From NCBI RefSeq assembly GCF_004010195.1, contig NC_057719.1, forward strand, positions 91,065,978 to 91,129,977: DNA of 64,000 nucleotides, read 5' to 3'. Below are positions 28,164 to 40,880 of the stretch, piece after piece. Source of the stretch: Chiloscyllium plagiosum. Lineage: Eukaryota. Both the position numbers and the translations under genes were made by a program. Below the pieces are notes generated by a model. It made no database searches. It was not told the origin of the DNA and saw only the letters and a list, made by a program, of their open reading frames with translations. Every line of letters starts with the position of its first letter. Position 1 is the first letter of the stretch.

Positions 28164-28555
28164 CCTTCGATCTAATTTTGTATCCAAATAGCTAGATCTC
28201 TCTGTATTTCATGTGATCTAACCTAACAAGTCGACCGAACCTTGTTGAACGCCTTACGAAAGTTCATATAGATAATGTCCAGCATTCTGCCTTCATCAAT
28301 GTTCTTTGTCACTTCTTCAAAAAACTCAATCAAATTAGTGAAACATGATTTCTCATGCACAAAGCGACACTGGTCACTCCTAATCAGCTCTTGCCTTTCC
28401 AAATACGTGTAAATCCTGCCCCTCAGAATCCCCCTCCACTGACATCTGACTCACCAATCTCTAGCTCCCTGACTTTTCCTTACCACTTTTCTTAAATAAT
28501 GGCACCATGTTAGCCAACCTCTAGTCTTCCTGCACCTCACTCGTGTCTATCCATA

Positions 28556-28727
28556 AGATGGTTTGATTTCAACCATCCTGGGATACAGTGAATTGTCACC
28601 AGGTATCAAAATGTGAAGCAGATTTCCATTTCTGAATTCACTTGGTTCTGAAAGATTATTCTGTTCCTGAATCTTTCTTAGCCTTGTCTCAGAAATGTAA
28701 CCTTATTTGGAGCCATAATTTGCCACA
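28556..28727 (-). pseudogene. Decayed 172-bp duplicate of TTBK2 exon sequence (source 29750-29921)
   Basis: Ungapped alignment with about 25 mismatches in 172 bp by manual count (~85%). It has an in-frame TAA (VANYGSK*). Confidence 0.9.
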
Positions 28728-29282
28728 AACATCTCAGCACTCAAAACAAATTCAGCGGTCATTACCATATTGCTTGGGAGTCTTGACTATCATATTTTCT
28801 ACCTTACAACAGTAAGTAACTTTCAAATAAAAGGGCTCTTCACAGACTATGAAGTATTTTGGACTACTCTAAGATCATGAAAAGACTACATAAATGTAAG
28901 TAAACTTCCATTTTTAAGGGATAAATGCCTAATCATTCACTTTCAACTGCAGGGCACTGAGAAAAGCACTGAATAATGGAACTAATTGAGAATGAATGTA
29001 AACTTCTGATTTTCAGGTAGTTGGTAAGTCAGCCATTTGTTTAGATTCTGATTTAATGATTAACTAAATGTGTCAATGTGTGTGTATCTATATTATCATG
29101 TCCATGCAGTAGGATGCACAGAAGTTATTATAAGATAAACTCAAGTAATTAATTCAAAACTTTCATTGCTTCACATCACAGAGGATTTGGTTCAAAGTTA
29201 TCATCAAGCTAAATTTGTTCCATCCTAAACATTAAGGTTGGAATGAAGCTAACAAGGCAAGTAACGAAGTCAGGGCACTCAC

Positions 29283-30721
29283 CTGACCTCCACACTTGGC
29301 CTGGTTGGTGGCTTCCCAGGAGGTGGTCTTGGGATAAATTGGGATGAGGTTGATGTGGGGATTTGTTCAGTATTGGTCAATGAAACAGGTCTTGGGATTT
29401 TGCTCCGCCGAGATTGAAGACTACTTAGACAGTCTTCATCAAACTGTTTGCCCAATTGTTGTTCCATTTCAGTTTTCACTGGAGGAGGTCCAGAATGAGT
29501 TCCATCATCAGATAAAGTCATTGATGGAACAGACACTTTCTCCTCCAGGGATCTCTCTGAAGTGGATGACAGATCACCTAGAAGGGATGTTCTGAAGGTA
29601 TGTTGTCGCTTTTCAGTTAATTGCCTGGTCAGGTCTATTTGATGAGCTTTCTTCTGGAGCAGTTTCTCTTTAGCTGAGACAGGAACAGATGATTCAGAAC
29701 CTGCTTCTACATCTGATGCGAGAATTGGTATGCGACTTTGCCGGAGTGGAGATGGTTTGGCTTCACCCTTCCTGGGATGCAGTGAATTGTCACCAACTGT
29801 CAAGATGTGAAGCAGATCTCCATTTCTGAGTTCACTTGGCTCTGAAAGATTATTCTGTTCTTGAATCTTTCGCTGCATCATCTCAGAAATGTAATGTTTC
29901 TCGGACCCATAATTTGCCACACTATTTGCGTGGTCTTCTTGCTCAGAAACAACGGTGTGAAGCAATTCTTTTACACATTCGTATGAAATATTTGAAGACG
30001 ACTGTAACTCACCCACCTCATCCTCAATGTACTTATAAAAGCCATTTTCTTCTACATCATGCAGTTTCTCTTGCAGTCCATCCATTACAAGCTTTGTATA
30101 CTCCACAGTAGGTAAAGCATCTTTTTCTCTGTCAGAGACCACTTCACCTGATGTTACTGGCTGGGTTATATTAGACAAATGAGGACCAGGAAATTTGTTT
30201 CCTTCCTGGTTTGGCACAGAAGACAAGGTTTCTAGTTGTGCCACTGAGCTGTGTCCATTGCCTGGATGTAATTGGTCACTTATGGATTCATTTTTACCTG
30301 AAGGGCACTGTTCTTCATCAAGTTGACTTGCTACATCTCCAGAAATTACATGATCTTCTTCACATTTATTGACTTCTTGAGCTGAATTGAGGGAGTCATC
30401 TCTGTTGTGGTCAGACCTGACACTAGTTTTTGCAATTACATTCCCTTGATTACTGCTTTCTACTGTGCCAGTCACAACAGTCTCTCTCTCTTGTGTTGTC
30501 CCTTTATCTAATTCCAGCATAAGTTCTGCTTTGGAAGTGCCATTACACAATGTGTCATGCGGTACCAGAACTGGCATTGATTTCTCTTCCGGAGATGTGA
30601 GTTTTTGTACTTCATCAGTGGCATGTTCCATTCTGTGTTGGTCAGTCTCCTTATGCTCATCATGCTGTATAACCCCAGCAGTAGCATGGGTCAGTGCGAC
30701 TGCAGACTTGGGTGCAGTTAT
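29283..30721 (-). CDS. TTBK2: TTBK2 large penultimate coding exon (1,439 nt)
   Basis: Open frame ITAPKSAVALTHATAG...RQSRIPILA...VSAKEKLLQKKA...RRSKIPRPVS...SSQFIPRPPPGKPPTRPSVEV(R). The acceptor is ttttttaaag| at 30722-30723 (phase 0) and the donor AG|gtgagt at 29282 (phase 2). The split codon AG|G gives Arg, joining in frame to the last exon. Confidence 0.95.
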
Positions 30722-31377
30722 CTTTAAAAAAAACGTAGATCATGAAAATTTGAGACAATTTATTTACATACAGTTGACTTTTACTTGAACTCCATTTGAA
30801 AGAATTATTGTTAAATATTTCAAACATCACCAAGAACCATACTCAAAAATTGTTACCAAAGAACAATTTATTCTGCCCTGTTATATATAAGCATAAGGTT
30901 TTGAAAACAGGGATCATGCATCAACATCTTGCAGCCAGGATGTAACTTCCACAAACACTACATGGCTTAGATAATGTACTGGTACAAGTGGTTTATGCAA
31001 TATATACAACAAGAGTCCATGAGCACAAGCAACGGCCTTGACCCTTATTTTTAAGAGGTGAAAGATTTCCTAGAGAACTCATATTTAAAAAACAATCAAG
31101 TTTTCCTATCAAGTTATCAAGGTAAATTTATTCCATTCCAAACATTAACATTGAAATGAAGCTTCCCAACAGCAAGTCATAGATAGGAGGAGGAAAAAGA
31201 AATTCAAATAGTGTCTGGGCCAGGAAATAGGAGACTGTACTGGCAGAGATGGGAGAGTTAAGCCATGGACAGCTGTGTGTGTGCATGAGAGTTCAGGGAT
31301 TCAGGGACTGTTGGGGGTGGGAGGGGGAACTGACTCTATAGCTTGAGCGATAGAGTCAGTGAAAAGCGAAATGCACA

Positions 31378-33545
31378 GGGAACATAGAACATTACAGCGC
31401 AGTACAGGCCCTTCAACCCTCGATGTTGCACCGACCCGTGGAACCAATCTGGTGCCCATCTATCCAACACGATTCCATTTTCATCCATATGTTTATCCAA
31501 TGACCATTTAAATGCTCTTAAGGTTGGCGAGTCTATGACTGTTGCAGACAGTGCATTCCAAGCCGCTACTACACTCTGAATAAAGAAACTACCTCTGAGA
31601 TCTGTCTTATATCCATCACCCCTCAATTTAAAGCTATGTCCTCTCATGCTCACCTTCACCATCTGAGGAAAAAGGCTCTCAATGTCCACCTTATGTAATC
31701 CCAGATCATATTACATGTCTCAATTAACTCACTTCTCTAACGAAAACAGTCTCAAATTCCTCAGCCTTTCCTCATAAGACATTCCCTCCATACCAGGCAA
31801 CATCCTAGTAAATCTCCTCTGAACTCTTTCCAAAGCTTCCACATCCTTCTTAAAATGCAGTAACCAGAACTGTACACAATACTCCAAGTGTGGTCGCACC
31901 AGAGTTTTGTACAACTGCAATATGACCTCGTGGCTCCGAAACTCAATCCCTCTGCCAATAAAAGCGAATACACCCTATTGCCTTCCTATCAACCTGGGTG
32001 GCAACTTTCAGGGATCTACGTACAGTACATGGACACCGAGCTCTACATGCTCACCTACACTACTAAGAATCTTACCATTAGCCCAGTACTCTGTATTCCT
32101 GTTGCACCTTCCAAAGTGAATCACTTCACACTTTTCCACATTAAACTCCATTTACCACCTCTCAGCCCAGCTCTACAGCTTATCCATGACCCTCTGTAAC
32201 CTGCAACATCCTTCAGCACTATCCACAACACCACCGACCTTAGTGTCATCCGCAAATTTACTAACCCATCCTTCTACACCCTCATCCAGGTCATTTATAA
32301 ATATGACAAACAGCAGTGGACTCAAAACAGATCCTTGCGGTACATCACTAGTAACTGAACTCCAGGATGAACATTTCCCATTAACCACCACCCTCTGTCT
32401 TCTTTCAGCTAGCCAACCTCTGCTCAAAACTGCTAAAACGCTCTCAATCCCATGACTCCGTATTTTGTACAATAGCCTACAGTGGGGAACCTTATCAAAC
32501 ACCTTACTGAAACCCATATCAACCGCTTTACTCTCATTCACTTGTTTGGTCTCCATCTCAAAGAACTCAATAAGGTTTGTGAGGAATGATCTACTCTTCA
32601 CAAAACCATGTTGACTATCTTTAATCAAATTATCCCTCTCTAGATGATTACAAATCTTATCGCTTATAACCTTTCCAACACTTAACCCACAACCCAAGTA
32701 AGGCTCATTGGTTTATAATTACCAGAGTAGTCTCTGCTCCCCTTCTTGAACAAGGGGATATTTGCTATCCTCCAGTTTTCTGGCACTATTCCTGTAGACA
32801 ATGACGACATAAAGATCAAAGCAAAGGCTCTGCAATCTCCTCCCAGCTTTCCCAGAGAATGCTAGGGTAAATCCCATCTGGTCCAAGGGACTTAGCTATT
32901 TTCACACTTTTCAGAATTGTTAACACCACCTCCTTGTGAACCTCAATCCTGTCCAGTCTATTAGCCAGTATCTCAGTATTCTCTTGACAAAATTGTTTTT
33001 TTCCAGTGTGCTATCTCCTCTGACTCCATGCACAACTTCCCACTATCATTGATTGGCCCTAATCTTTCACTAGTCATTCTTTTAATCCTGATTTACTTCT
33101 AGAAACCTTTAGGGTTTTCCTTAATCCTATGTGCCAACAACTTCTCACATCCCCTCCTGGCTCTTCTTTGCTCTCTCTTTAGGTCTTTCTTGGCTAACTC
33201 AAGCACCCTAACTGAGCCTTCATACTTCATCCAACATAAGCCTTCTTCTTCCTCTTGACAAGAGATTCAACTTCTTTAGTAAAGCACGGCTCCCTCACTC
33301 AACCATTTCTTCCCTGCCTGACAGGTTTATACTTATCAAGGACACACAGTAACAGTTCGTTGAATAAGCTCCAAGTCAATTGTACCCATCCTCTGCTGTT
33401 TCCTTCCCCATCCGATATCTTGCCTAATTGCACCATAATTGCGCCCTCCCCCCACCCACCCACTGCAATAACTCTTGCCCTGCATTATATACCTATTCCT
33501 TTCCATTGCTAAAGTAAACATAACCAAATTGTGGTCACTAACTGA
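31378..33545 (-). mobile_element. CR1 LINE, 3' ~2.2 kb
   Basis: [30 protein letters not shown]...[26 protein letters not shown]; 3' tail repeat (ATGTTCT)n at ~31380. Confidence 0.92.
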
Positions 33546-33999
33546 CAGAATGGCAGGGATCAATGAGCCACAGACCGCTGGGAGGGAAGAAGAATGAGTT
33601 ATAGATAGCTGGGGGATACTGTAGGGGATTGATAATCAGAGATTGAGAGGGTCAGATCATGTTGTGCTAAATTTGCTGCATTTAGGAGGAATGCTTCTGC
33701 TCCTCCTGGCCCATAAACAACAGAACTTCTTTTGTGGTTCTTTGAATTGTTTCACCTGGTAGAATACTGGAAGCCCAGGAATTCCAGATTAAGCAATTAT
33801 TGATTCATTAATTCAAAAGAAAAATGCAGTTGAAAATAGAAGACTGTCTTTTCCTTAATTACTTTCAGTGACACATCAAGCCTGTTATTTTGAGAAGCAC
33901 CAGAGGAAAGAAAGGAACTGAAGACCAATGGAAGAAACTACCAATGAACAATGTGCACTTAGTCGAGCCCCAAACTCTGTGACAATGGTATTCCTGTTG

Positions 34000-34945
34000 A
34001 TAAGACTAACATGGAGCTGTGGCAAACTATTAGAAAAGTTATTGCAATGTTAGTCTTTATTGCAAGAGGATTTGATACAGCAATGGAAATGTGTTGCTGG
34101 AAAAGCGCAGCAGGTCAGGCAGCATCTAGGGAACAGGAGAATCGACGTTTCGGGCATTAGCCCTTCTTCAGCTAATGCCCGAAACGTCGATTCTCCTGTT
34201 CCCTAGATGCTGCCTGACCTGCTGCGCTTTTCCAGCAACACATTTCCATCTCTGATCTCCAGCATCTGCAGACCTCACTTTCTCCTCAAAGATTTGATAC
34301 AGCAGTATTGAAGTCCTGCTTCAATTATATAGGAGTTGAAAAGTATGGTGCTGGAAAAGCATAGCAGGTCAGGAGCAGGACAGTCAACATTTCAGGCATA
34401 AGCCCTTCATCAGGAATGGGAATTATATGGGAGCCTACTTAGACTGGACTCTGAAGTATCTCAAAGATGTTATCGCCATACAGGGAGTACTATGAAAGTT
34501 TACCAGATGTCTTCACAAGATGGTGACACTGTTCTATCAACTGGACAAATTCGGCTTGTATTATCTATAATTTTGAAGAATGAGAGGTGATCTCATTGAA
34601 ACCTACAAAATACTTAATGGAATACAAATAGTTGATGCAAGCAAGATGTTTCTTCTGTTTGGACAGTCCAGAACAGGGAATGCGACATAAAAATAAGGGG
34701 AATGCCATTTGAGGTCTGAGATGAAGAGAACATTCTGCACTCAAGAGCATGGTGCATCTTTGGAGTTGTCTACCTCAAAGAGCTTGGAAGCTCAGTCTTC
34801 GAGTATATTTAAAGAAGAGGTTGATATTTATTTGATTATCAATGGAGGAACAGGTTATGGGGATAGGGTAGGTAAAAGACATTGAAATGTTTAATCAAAC
34901 ATGAAGGCTCGATTGACTTAGTGGCCTACTCCTGTTCTTATGTGT
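34000..34945 (+). mobile_element. Old CR1 3' fragment hosting two Penelope mini-insertions
   Basis: CR1 3' ORF2/UTR motifs (gaggtgatctcattgaaacctacaaaat, tggcctactcctgttc). Confidence 0.7.
34083..34290. mobile_element. Young fold-back Penelope mini-element (79-bp perfect inverted repeat)
   Basis: Arms 34083-34161 and 34171-34249 are exact reverse complements. There is a 41-bp tail and TSD GATTTGATACAGCA at 34069-34082 and 34291-34304. Confidence 0.92.
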
Positions 34946-35276
34946 TTAAGAGATTATCTGCCATTACTGCATTGTTCTGTATTGGACATCACTGTGTGTT
35001 AAATAATCATTTCCTACATTACCATGACAGTTGGGAAAAATACTCCACTGGTGTGAAGCATTTTATGATCTTGTGAGAATGAGAAAGGTACCTTTTAAAT
35101 GAACAATCACTCATAAGTAAAAAAAATAGAAACTGTCCTGGTGAACGATCAACCTGAAAGGTTAGCTCAGTTTCTCTCACCACAAATACTACCGAACCTG
35201 CTCAATACTTCAAGCATTTTCTATATATATTTCAGGTTTACAGTATGATTTACCACACAATACATTTCTTTGTACA

Positions 35277-35568
35277 AAGACTGGAAAAACTGCGGATGCT
35301 GTAAATCAGAAACAAGAAATTGCTAGAAAAGCTCAGCAAGTCAGGTAGCACCTGTGAAGAGAAATCAGAGTTAACATTTCAGGTCGGGTGACCCTTCCTC
35401 AGAACTGTTCTGTTTCACAGGAGGTTCCAAAGCACTGAAGATGTCACCTAGATAAGGGATAAAATGTCTGCAAATTAACTTCCCAGCTCGGCAAACATAC
35501 CCACAACCACGGCAACTGGCACCCGAGCTACAAATCTTTACGCAAACCTTGAATTTCTGTTTTTGTTC
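35277..35568. mobile_element. Composite Penelope pLTR insertion
   Basis: 15-bp TSD ACATTTCTTTGTACA at 35262-35276 and 35569-35583; degenerate hammerhead-like motifs on both strands. Confidence 0.7.
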
Positions 35569-35724
35569 ACATTTCTTTGTACATCTACTTACCAGTGTTA
35601 ACAAATGTCACAACTTAACTTACACAGCAAAATAATTCTCAAATATTTTCCCCATCTTTGATGTAAACTGTTCAAACTTTTGTTGCTGGATTATGATGTC
35701 ATACCATATCTTGTGGCTGCATTA

Positions 35725-36400
35725 CATAGGAATACGAGCAGGAGTAGACCATTCATCCCTTCAACACTGCTCCACCATTCAAAATGTTCATGGCTGATCA
35801 TCCTACTCAGTACCCTGTTCCTGCTGTCGCTGCATACTCCTTCATACCTTTGGCCCGAAGAACTATATCTAAATTCTTCTTGAAAACATTCAATGTTTTG
35901 GCCTCAATAACTTTCTAAGGCACAGATTTACATAGGCTTGAGTAGAAATTTCTCATCTCAATCCTAAATGTCCTACCCCATATCCTTAGATTGTGACTCC
36001 CAGTTCTGGACTTCCTGGTCATTGGGAACATCCATTATGCGTTGGCCCAATCAAGACATGTTAAAGTTTTTCTAGGTTCCTCAGCACCACCCCCCCTCCC
36101 CAATCCCCTGCACAATATTCCAAATGCTGTCTCACTATCACCCTGTAAAATTGCAGCAAGATAGTCTGTCCCAACACTCAAATCCTCTCACTCTGAAGGC
36201 CGACATACTACATGCCTTCTTCACCTTCTGCTGCACTTGCCTGCTTACTTTCAGCAACTGTGTATAAGGATACACAAATCCCGCCTTTTCCAATCTACAT
36301 CCGCCTTTTCATACAATAACCTATCTTCCAAAGTTTTTGCTATCAAAGTGGATAAACTCACATCCATCCACATTATACTTCACAATCAAGCTCTCTGCCC
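35725..36400 (-). mobile_element. Old CR1 3' fragment
   Basis: The reverse-complement CR1 3' end (gagcaggagtagaccattca...) is followed by ORF2 remnants. Confidence 0.7.
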
Positions 36401-37329
36401 TTTAAGACATTGCTTAAAAACCTGTTGACCAAGCAGTTGGTTACCTGTCTGAATATCTCCTCATGCTTGATCATTTTTTTTTTGCCAGATTAAGCTTTTG
36501 TGAAGTGCCTTGGAATGTTTCACTTCCTTAAAAGGTGCTTATTGTTGTTGTGAACAATCTGGATGTGGTTCTCCTATTAGATTGTATCTAGGAAAGCTAC
36601 CAAGGCATGTAGATGGAGCATTGTAACATCTAGAATTACAACAGTTTGATTAATTCAAACCCACATAGCTCAGTTGGCATCAAGGTTTCACATCTGGCTA
36701 AGGGCTGGAAAGGACTGCTTTTTGGTGATCCACCTCAGCCAGACGAGTAAATAACTTCTACTTCCATATCTCTCATTGTATGACCAGAGAGTAACTTTCA
36801 AGGCAGTAACATGGCAGTGAATGACTCACTGCCAGAAAAAAAAGGCAAACAAAAATTCTGCAAACAGGCTTTCACAAAGCAAATTCAGATACAATAGTTA
36901 TTTGCAGCAAGAAAGTAGAGTCAACAATGTCATCTCCAGACCTGCTTCATTTCTTGACCACAAGATGGCAATCAGTTTCTTAGTAATGCCTCAGCCTTTG
37001 GCTTAATATAAAACTCCAGACAGGCAACCATTTATATTGCATTATTTAATTCTAAAGTGGCAAAAACATGTTTGGATTTCACTAAAGGGCTTTGGCCATG
37101 TATGACCAGTAGGAATGTTTGCTTAGTGACATTCTTCCAATATGGCTGAGGAGAAATTAAAACAGTGTTAAACTTTTTTATATAAAAACTCAAAACAACT
37201 CTGCAGTAAAGAAATAAACAAGATGCCATTTTTCAAAATTGCAAATGGTGACAGATAGAGCCATAGAGTCAGAATCCTACTGCACAGAGACAGGCCCCTC
37301 AGCCTAAACTGGTCCATGCCAACCTGGGC

Positions 37330-37800
37330 TGCCTCCATCACCAAACTCCTACCACCTGCTGCCTGGAGGAAGGATGTCTTTTATTCCACCTCAGGACCCT
37401 CCAAGCACACGGGATCAATGTGAATTCACCAGTTCCTTCATTTCCCCTCCCCCCCACATTATCCTAGTTCCAAGCCTCCAACTCAGCAAGGCGTCATGAC
37501 CTGTCCAACACCTTTCCCATCTAATCACTCCACCCTCCTCTCCGATCTATCACCTTCTCCCTCACCTTCATCTAGCAATTGCATTCTCAGCTACCTTCCC
37601 CCCCCCACCCCACCCCCAAAACCCACTCCCCTCCCATTCATCTCTCAGCACACCCAGTCCACAAGCCTCATTCCTAATGAAGGGTTCATGCCCGAAACGT
37701 TGATTCTCCTGCTCCTCGGATGCTGCCTGACCTGCTACACTTTTCCAGTACCACACTCTCAACTCTGATCTCTGGCATCTGCAGACCTCACTTTCTCCCT
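37330..37800 (+). mobile_element. Neptune-type Penelope 3' end and pLTR
   Basis: End of GIY-YIG, C-rich spacer, ctaatgaagggttcatgcccgaaacgt and the standard tail. Confidence 0.8.
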
Positions 37801-39115
37801 GTTATGTTCCAGCTTGACTTGTTTCAACTTACCATTTTTGACTACTGAATCCCTTTGAGCCTTGCTTACCACTCTGCTGTTGAGGATCCCACACCCCTGC
37901 CAAAAGGGGGAAAGGTTACTTCAGAAGGAAACAATAATCTAAAAAAAATGCATTTACACAGGACCTTCCATAATTTCAGAGCATGCCAATTTGTCTTGCA
38001 GCCAATTTGGTTCTGAAGAGTGAGCACGGTTGCAATTTAGTAGTCAATTTGCACACAGTAAGATCTCACATAGTAAGGAGACGAGGACCAGAAAATTTAC
38101 TTCAAGGATGTTGGTCCCATATGACCATATTCCACAGATTAATAGATAAATGATATTTAGCCTCAATTTACTATTACATCTGAAAAGTTTGCATATCCAA
38201 TACCCCAGCAGTCCATCGGTAGTGCAGTGAAGTGTCAGTCCAGACCTTGTGCTCCACTCTCTGGGATGGAACCATCTGGTGGTTGAAGGAGCAGCGCTCC
38301 GAAAGCTAGTGTTTTCAATTAAACCTGTTGGGACTATAACCTGGTGTTGTGTGATTTTTAACCTCGAACATGTTAGGTATATCTAAGTGAGCAGGAGCCT
38401 CAGCCTTTGTAATTGTCTAACATGTTTGAGTTTTTGTAGCCTTGTTTGGATTAGAGCAAGGGTTGTAGGGTGAATATGCTAACTGTTCCCAACAGCATGC
38501 TACAGGAAGACATTCAAACAGAGATAGCAAAAAGGAGTACTGTATAATGGTAGTGGAGGTCAGTATAGCCAGGGCGATTGACACTGTTCTCTGCAGCAAA
38601 GAGCAAGAGCTCATTGTCTGCTCAGTGCTAGGGTTTGGAACTTCTGCTCTTGGCTGGAGAACTTCCAGTGCAAGGAGAACATTCAGTGCTCATGGTTCAC
38701 TGAATACAAAAACCAATGAGATAATTAGGAAAGAGGTTCTGCTGAGCATGAGAAGCTAGATGCTGAAATATAAAGCAAAATCTCAGTTAATAATCTCACG
38801 CATGCAAACAATACTTTGGTAGCATAATTTGAGCACTTTGATGAGGCTTTTCATTTTGAATTCATTTGAATATTTCGCAAGAATATCAAGTTAAGGGGAA
38901 GTGTGATATTTACACAGTGTGAAAGGGAAGTGCAGACTGTAGTAATATTAACTTATTAGTAAGTATTAATTCATAATAGCAGTGATAAACAGCTAACTTC
39001 ACCGATAGCTCAAACGTTTTAAATACCTTGGCCTTCCAGGTAATCTGACATAGATTGTTAAAAATTACAACACCAGGTTATAATCAGGTTATAGTCCAAC
39101 AGGTTTATTTGGAAG

Positions 39116-39150
39116 CACGAGCTTTCGGAGCGCTGCTCCTTCATCAGGTG
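39116..39150 (-). ncRNA. Minimal type I hammerhead ribozyme motif (PLE-associated, AGCU palindrome)
   Basis: Minus strand: cac-CUGAUGA-A-GGAGC-agc-GCUCC-GAA-AGCU-C-gug. Intact core, 5-bp stem II, 3-bp stem I. Confidence 0.75.
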
Positions 39151-40880
39151 TTGTGGAGTATAAGATTGTAAGACACAGAATTTATAGCAAAAGTTTACTG
39201 TGTGATGTAACTGAAATCATATATCAAAAAAGACCTGGATTGTTTATTAAGCCTTTCATCTTTTAGAACGAACATGTCAGTTTTAATTCTTTAAATGTAA
39301 GTCTTAGAAGTTTTAGAAGTTACATTCTCAAGTGAACTTTAACAATTGGTGTTATGTCAGCCCAGATAATGCATTGTAGGTGTGAGGTGCCCTGCGTGAC
39401 ACTGTCTGTGCCACAATGTTCAGACTGATTCTAATCTAAAGAATGGCTTTCCAGAATCTTGCATCAATTCAAGCGGTTTTTGAGCAAAATAAAATGTAAA
39501 TCTGCAAATACAAATTCACTCCACAAACATTTGTATGGGTGTGTGTGGNNNNNNNNNNNNNNNNNNNNNNNNNNNNNNNNNGGTGGGGTAGGGGGGGGGG
39601 GGAGGAGTTTATAAAAAGTATCTGTGAGTGTGTGCATGTGAATGAGTGTAAAGAGGTATACATGTCTGTGAGAGGGTGCGTGTGTGCATGTGTGTGCAAG
39701 TGTATGTGTGTGCATGTGTGTGCAAGTGTATGTGTGAGCGTATGAGAGTCTGTGTGAGTGTGTATGTCTGTAGGGGAGAGGGAGAGAGAGACAGACAGAC
39801 AGAGACAGAGACAGAGAGTGTGTGTGTGTATATATGTCTCTCTCTCTCTCTGTTTGTAGGAGTGTGTGTGTAGGTGGTGCCTCACCACCAAAATACACCC
39901 TATGGATATTGCAGCAGACACTGGGGAATTCATTAGACAAATGAGACTCCGGGAATTCCTTCAAGATGCCAGCAGTGATTCCAATGAGCCCACCGAGGAA
40001 CCACAACAGTCATCACAGGGATCCGTAAAGGAGTAACCAAAAGAGTCAACTTAGACCCCACCAGAGGGCCGCTGTCAGAACAGAACAGATTACTGCAAGG
40101 AAGTGTACTGACAATTGAACAACCAAGAACACTACAGGCAACTACCAGCCGATCCAACCAAAGATCACAGCTGTGAACTAAACTCATCGATCGGGACTTT
40201 GGATCCAGACCTTCAGAGTTCCCCACACGCCCTCATCCCACGTCCTTCTCGCATAGGCGACTTCTACTGCCTTCTGAAGTTACAAAGCCAATACACCAGG
40301 ACATCCCATCATATTAGGCAATGGGACCCTGTGTGAGAACCTCTCTGGCTATGTCAAAGGCATCTTGAAACCAGTTGCACAGAGGACCCTCAGCTTCTAT
40401 CGTGAAGCTACAGATTTCTTACAGAAACTCAGCACCCGCGAACCAGGAACATTCCTCGTCACAATGGACATTTCAGCACTCTACTCCAACATCCCCTACA
40501 ATGACTGCATTGCGGCAATAGCTTCAGTACTCAACACCAACAACTGCCAATCTCCGAGCACCATCCTACAACTCATCCGCTTTATCCTCGACCACAACAT
40601 TTTCACCTTTGACAACCAGTTCTTCATCCAGATGGAACAGCTGTGGGGATCAAATTTGCACCCCAATATGCCAACATGTTCATGCACTGATTTGAACAAG
40701 ACTTCTTCTCTATGCAGGACCTCCAGTCAACACTACACATTGACAGCATTTCCTTCCTCTGGACCTTTGGCGAAGAGTCACTGAAAAAAACTACACAGTG
40801 ATATCAATGAGTTTTATCCCACCATCAAACTCACCAAGGACTACTCTCTAATCTGTCTCATTCTTGGACACATGCATCTC

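Larger units (their letters stand above)
18135..28555 (-). mobile_element. 5'-truncated CR1 LINE split by later insertions (pieces ~18135-18262, 19075-19869, 28164-28555)
   Basis: [14 protein letters not shown]...ISKFADDAKVGG (CR1 RT) at 19583-19795. The CR1 sequence resumes seamlessly after the gypsy 3' LTR (ccttcgatctaattttgtatccaaatagctag). Confidence 0.85.

Noticed and set aside
29279..30631. 450-aa ORF as a complete single-exon gene
   Set aside because: The frame is open upstream to the acceptor at 30721, and the apparent TGA stop lies inside the donor AG|gtgagt.
29283..30721. Assignment to TTBK1
   Set aside because: The PRPPPGKPPTRP motif, VSAKEKLLQKKA block and SKLSR* terminus match TTBK2 as I recall it. 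A reciprocal BLAST would confirm.
39464..40006. His/Thr-rich ORFs (also 18432-18770, 61291-61798)
   Set aside because: Translations of (CA)n/(GA)n-like microsatellite spacers in Penelope elements.
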